Assembly: GCF_004010195.1 (NCBI RefSeq)
Contig: NC_057719.1
Location: 2,799,317-2,820,603 of the forward strand
DNA length: 21,287 nt
Direction: 5' to 3'
DNA from: Chiloscyllium plagiosum
Taxonomy: Eukaryota
A program made the position numbers and the translations under genes. Shown here one piece after another: positions 19,261-21,287 of this stretch. The first letter of the stretch is position 1. The number at the start of each line of letters is the position of its first letter. The notes under the pieces are model-generated. The model ran no database searches and had not been told where the DNA came from. It was given only the letters and a program-made list of their open reading frames with translations.

Positions 19261-21287
19261 GATTTTGAGTGCGAGCGCCAGCGGAGGCAAGACAAAGCCG
19301 GAACACTGCAGCTAAGGTAAGGCAGTCTTTTTTAAAAAAAATTACTTACCAGTAGCGGACAGCGGTGTTTTCCCTTTCACAGAAGGAGAGGGAGCAGCGG
19401 GGGAAGTGATGAGGACCAGAGGGGCAGCCGGGAAGGAAAGTAGTGAGTATAAATACTCACCCTTCGACGCCAACGGCCATTTTGAGTGCGAGCACCAGCG
19501 GAGGCAAGACGAAGCCGGAACACTGCAGCTAAGTTAAGGCAGTTTTTAAAAAAAAATTACTTACCGGTAGCGGACAGCGGTGTTTTCCTTTCACAGAAGG
19601 AGCGGGAGCAGTGGGGGAAGTGACGAGGACCAGAGGGGCAGCGGGGAAGGAAAGCAGTGAGTATAAAAGCGCGCAGGAGAGGAATAGTTATTGCAGAGCA
19701 GAGCAATAGTTATTGGGACTCGATAGTTCGGGGCACAGATAGGCGGTTTTGTGGGGGCGAGAGAGACTCACGTTTGGTATGTTGCCTCCCAGGTAGGAAG
19801 AGAGCTGAGGATGTTAGACAGGCTTTCAAGGAGCTAGGTTGGAAGCTCAGAGTTAGAACCAACAGAGTTGTTGTCTCTGGTTTGTTACCCGTGCTACGTG
19901 ATAGAGAGTAGAGGAATAGGGAGAGAGAACAGTTAAATGCGTGGCTACAGGAATGGTGCAGGAGGGAGGGATTCCGGTATCTGGATAACTGGGGTTCTTT
20001 CTGGGGAAGGTGGGACCTCTATAAACAGGATGGTCTACACCTGAACCTGAGGGGCACCAGTATCCTTGGGGGGATGTTAGCTAGTGCTCTTGGGGAGGGT
20101 TTAAACTAACTCTGCAGTGGCATGGGAACCTAGACTGTAGCTTTAGGGTGCAGGACCTGGAGTGTAGGGAGGTTAGGAACATGGCATCAATCTCAAAGGA
20201 GGTGCCTGTAAACAGGAAAGTGGCTTGAAGTGTGTATACTTCAATGAAAGAAGTTTACGAAATAAGGTAGGTGAACTTGCAGCGTGGGTTGGTACCTGGG
20301 ATTTCGATGTTGTGGCTATGGGAGACATGGGTAGAACAGGGACAGGATTGGCTGTTGCAGGTTCCAGGGTTTAAGTGTTTTAGTAGGGTCAGAGGTGGGG
20401 GTAAAAGAGGGCGAGGTGTGGCACTGCTTGTCAAAGATAGGACGATGGAAAGGACGATGGAAGAAGTCTCGCCATCTGAGGTAGTTTGGGCTGAGGTTAG
20501 GAACAGGAAAGGTGAGGTCACCCTGTTAGGAGTTTTCTACAGGCCTCCTAATAGTCCTAGAGACGTAGAAGAAAGGATTGCGAGGACGATTCAGGAAAAG
20601 AGTGAAAGTAATAGAGTGATTGTTGTGGGGGACTTTAACTTTCCAGATATTGACTGGGAAAGTTATAGCTCGAGTTCGTTAGATGGATCGGTGTTTGTCC
20701 AATGAGTGCAGGAGGTTTCCTGACACAATATGTAGACAGGCCAACAAGAGGTGAGGCCATACTGGATTTGGTTCTGGGTAACGAACCAGGCCAGGTGTTA
20801 GAATTGGAGGTAGGTGAGCACTTTGGGGACAGTGACCACAATTCAGTGACTTTTACTCTAGTGGTGGAGAGGGATAAGTGTGCACTGCAGGGCAAGAGTT
20901 ATAGCTGGGGGCAGGGAAAGTATGATGTGGTGAGGCACGACTTAGGATGCGTGGCTTGGAAAAGTAGGCTTCAAGGGAAGCGCGCCATTGATATGTGGAG
21001 CTTGTTCAAGGAGCAACTATTGAGTGTCATTGATAAGTATGTACCTTTCAGGCAGGGAGGAAAGGGTCGTGTGAGGGAGCTGTGGTTTAATAAGGAATTG
21101 GAATCCCTTGTTAAAGGGAAAAGGGCGGCCTATGTAAAGATGAGGCGTGAAGGTTCAATTGGGGCGATTGAGAGTTATAAGGTAGCCAGGAAGGACCTGA
21201 AGAGAGAGCTAAAAGCAGCAAGGAGGGGACATGAAAGGACCTTAGTTGGTAGGATTAGGGAAAACCCTAAGGCTTTCTACAGGTATG
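19261..21287 (+). mobile_element. CR1 LINE with tandem 5' monomers, internally deleted ORF1 and ORF2 endonuclease; runs off the window
   Basis: ORF1 remnants DSIVRG, VCCLPG, VSGLLP and DGLHLN. ORF2 runs from ~20225 (LKCVYFN, ETW, FYRPP, GDFNFP, LDLVLG, SDH, IRENPKAFY). Confidence 0.92.
19262..19667 (+). repeat. Tandem ~217-bp GC-rich 5'UTR monomers (about 1.9 copies)
   Basis: ATTTTGAGTGCGAGC starts at 19262 and again at 19479. The units align closely through GTGAGTATAAA (19443 and 19657). Confidence 0.92.

Noticed and set aside
1..21287. Prokaryotic systems (CRISPR, retron, DGR) around the RT fragments
   Set aside because: There is no repeat-spacer array or operon. The RTs are CR1 and Gypsy types in vertebrate repeat-rich DNA.

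Overview
This is eukaryotic DNA, almost certainly from a cartilaginous fish (shark or ray), because it carries an HE1-type V-SINE. No host gene is supported; the window is a nest of transposable elements. Contents: a degraded Gypsy RT fragment (2-287); several CR1-clade LINEs with SGNH-esterase ORF1 and APE+RT ORF2, including a head-to-head pair at ~290-2490(-) and ~2490-6604(+), a young 5'-truncated copy at 13857-15681(-) and a copy with tandem 5' monomers from 19261; a solo LTR with a 4-bp TSD; a Tigger/pogo-like deletion derivative; L2 and Rex-Babar remnants; and two SINE pieces. Two things stand out. (1) Three short, non-coding, palindromic Penelope-like insertions from two families carry minimal type-I hammerhead ribozyme motifs, have 12-15 bp TSDs, and share an asymmetric inverted-arm plus tail geometry. 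(2) Divergent CR1 families share a 5'UTR architecture: tandem monomers, splice-donor/anti-donor (U1 5'-end-like) hairpins, a conserved stem-loop motif, and a 55-64 nt GT..AG intron-like segment just before the ORF1 ATG. Everything was read by eye. Family names rest on recognised motifs rather than database searches, and boundaries of old fragments are approximate.
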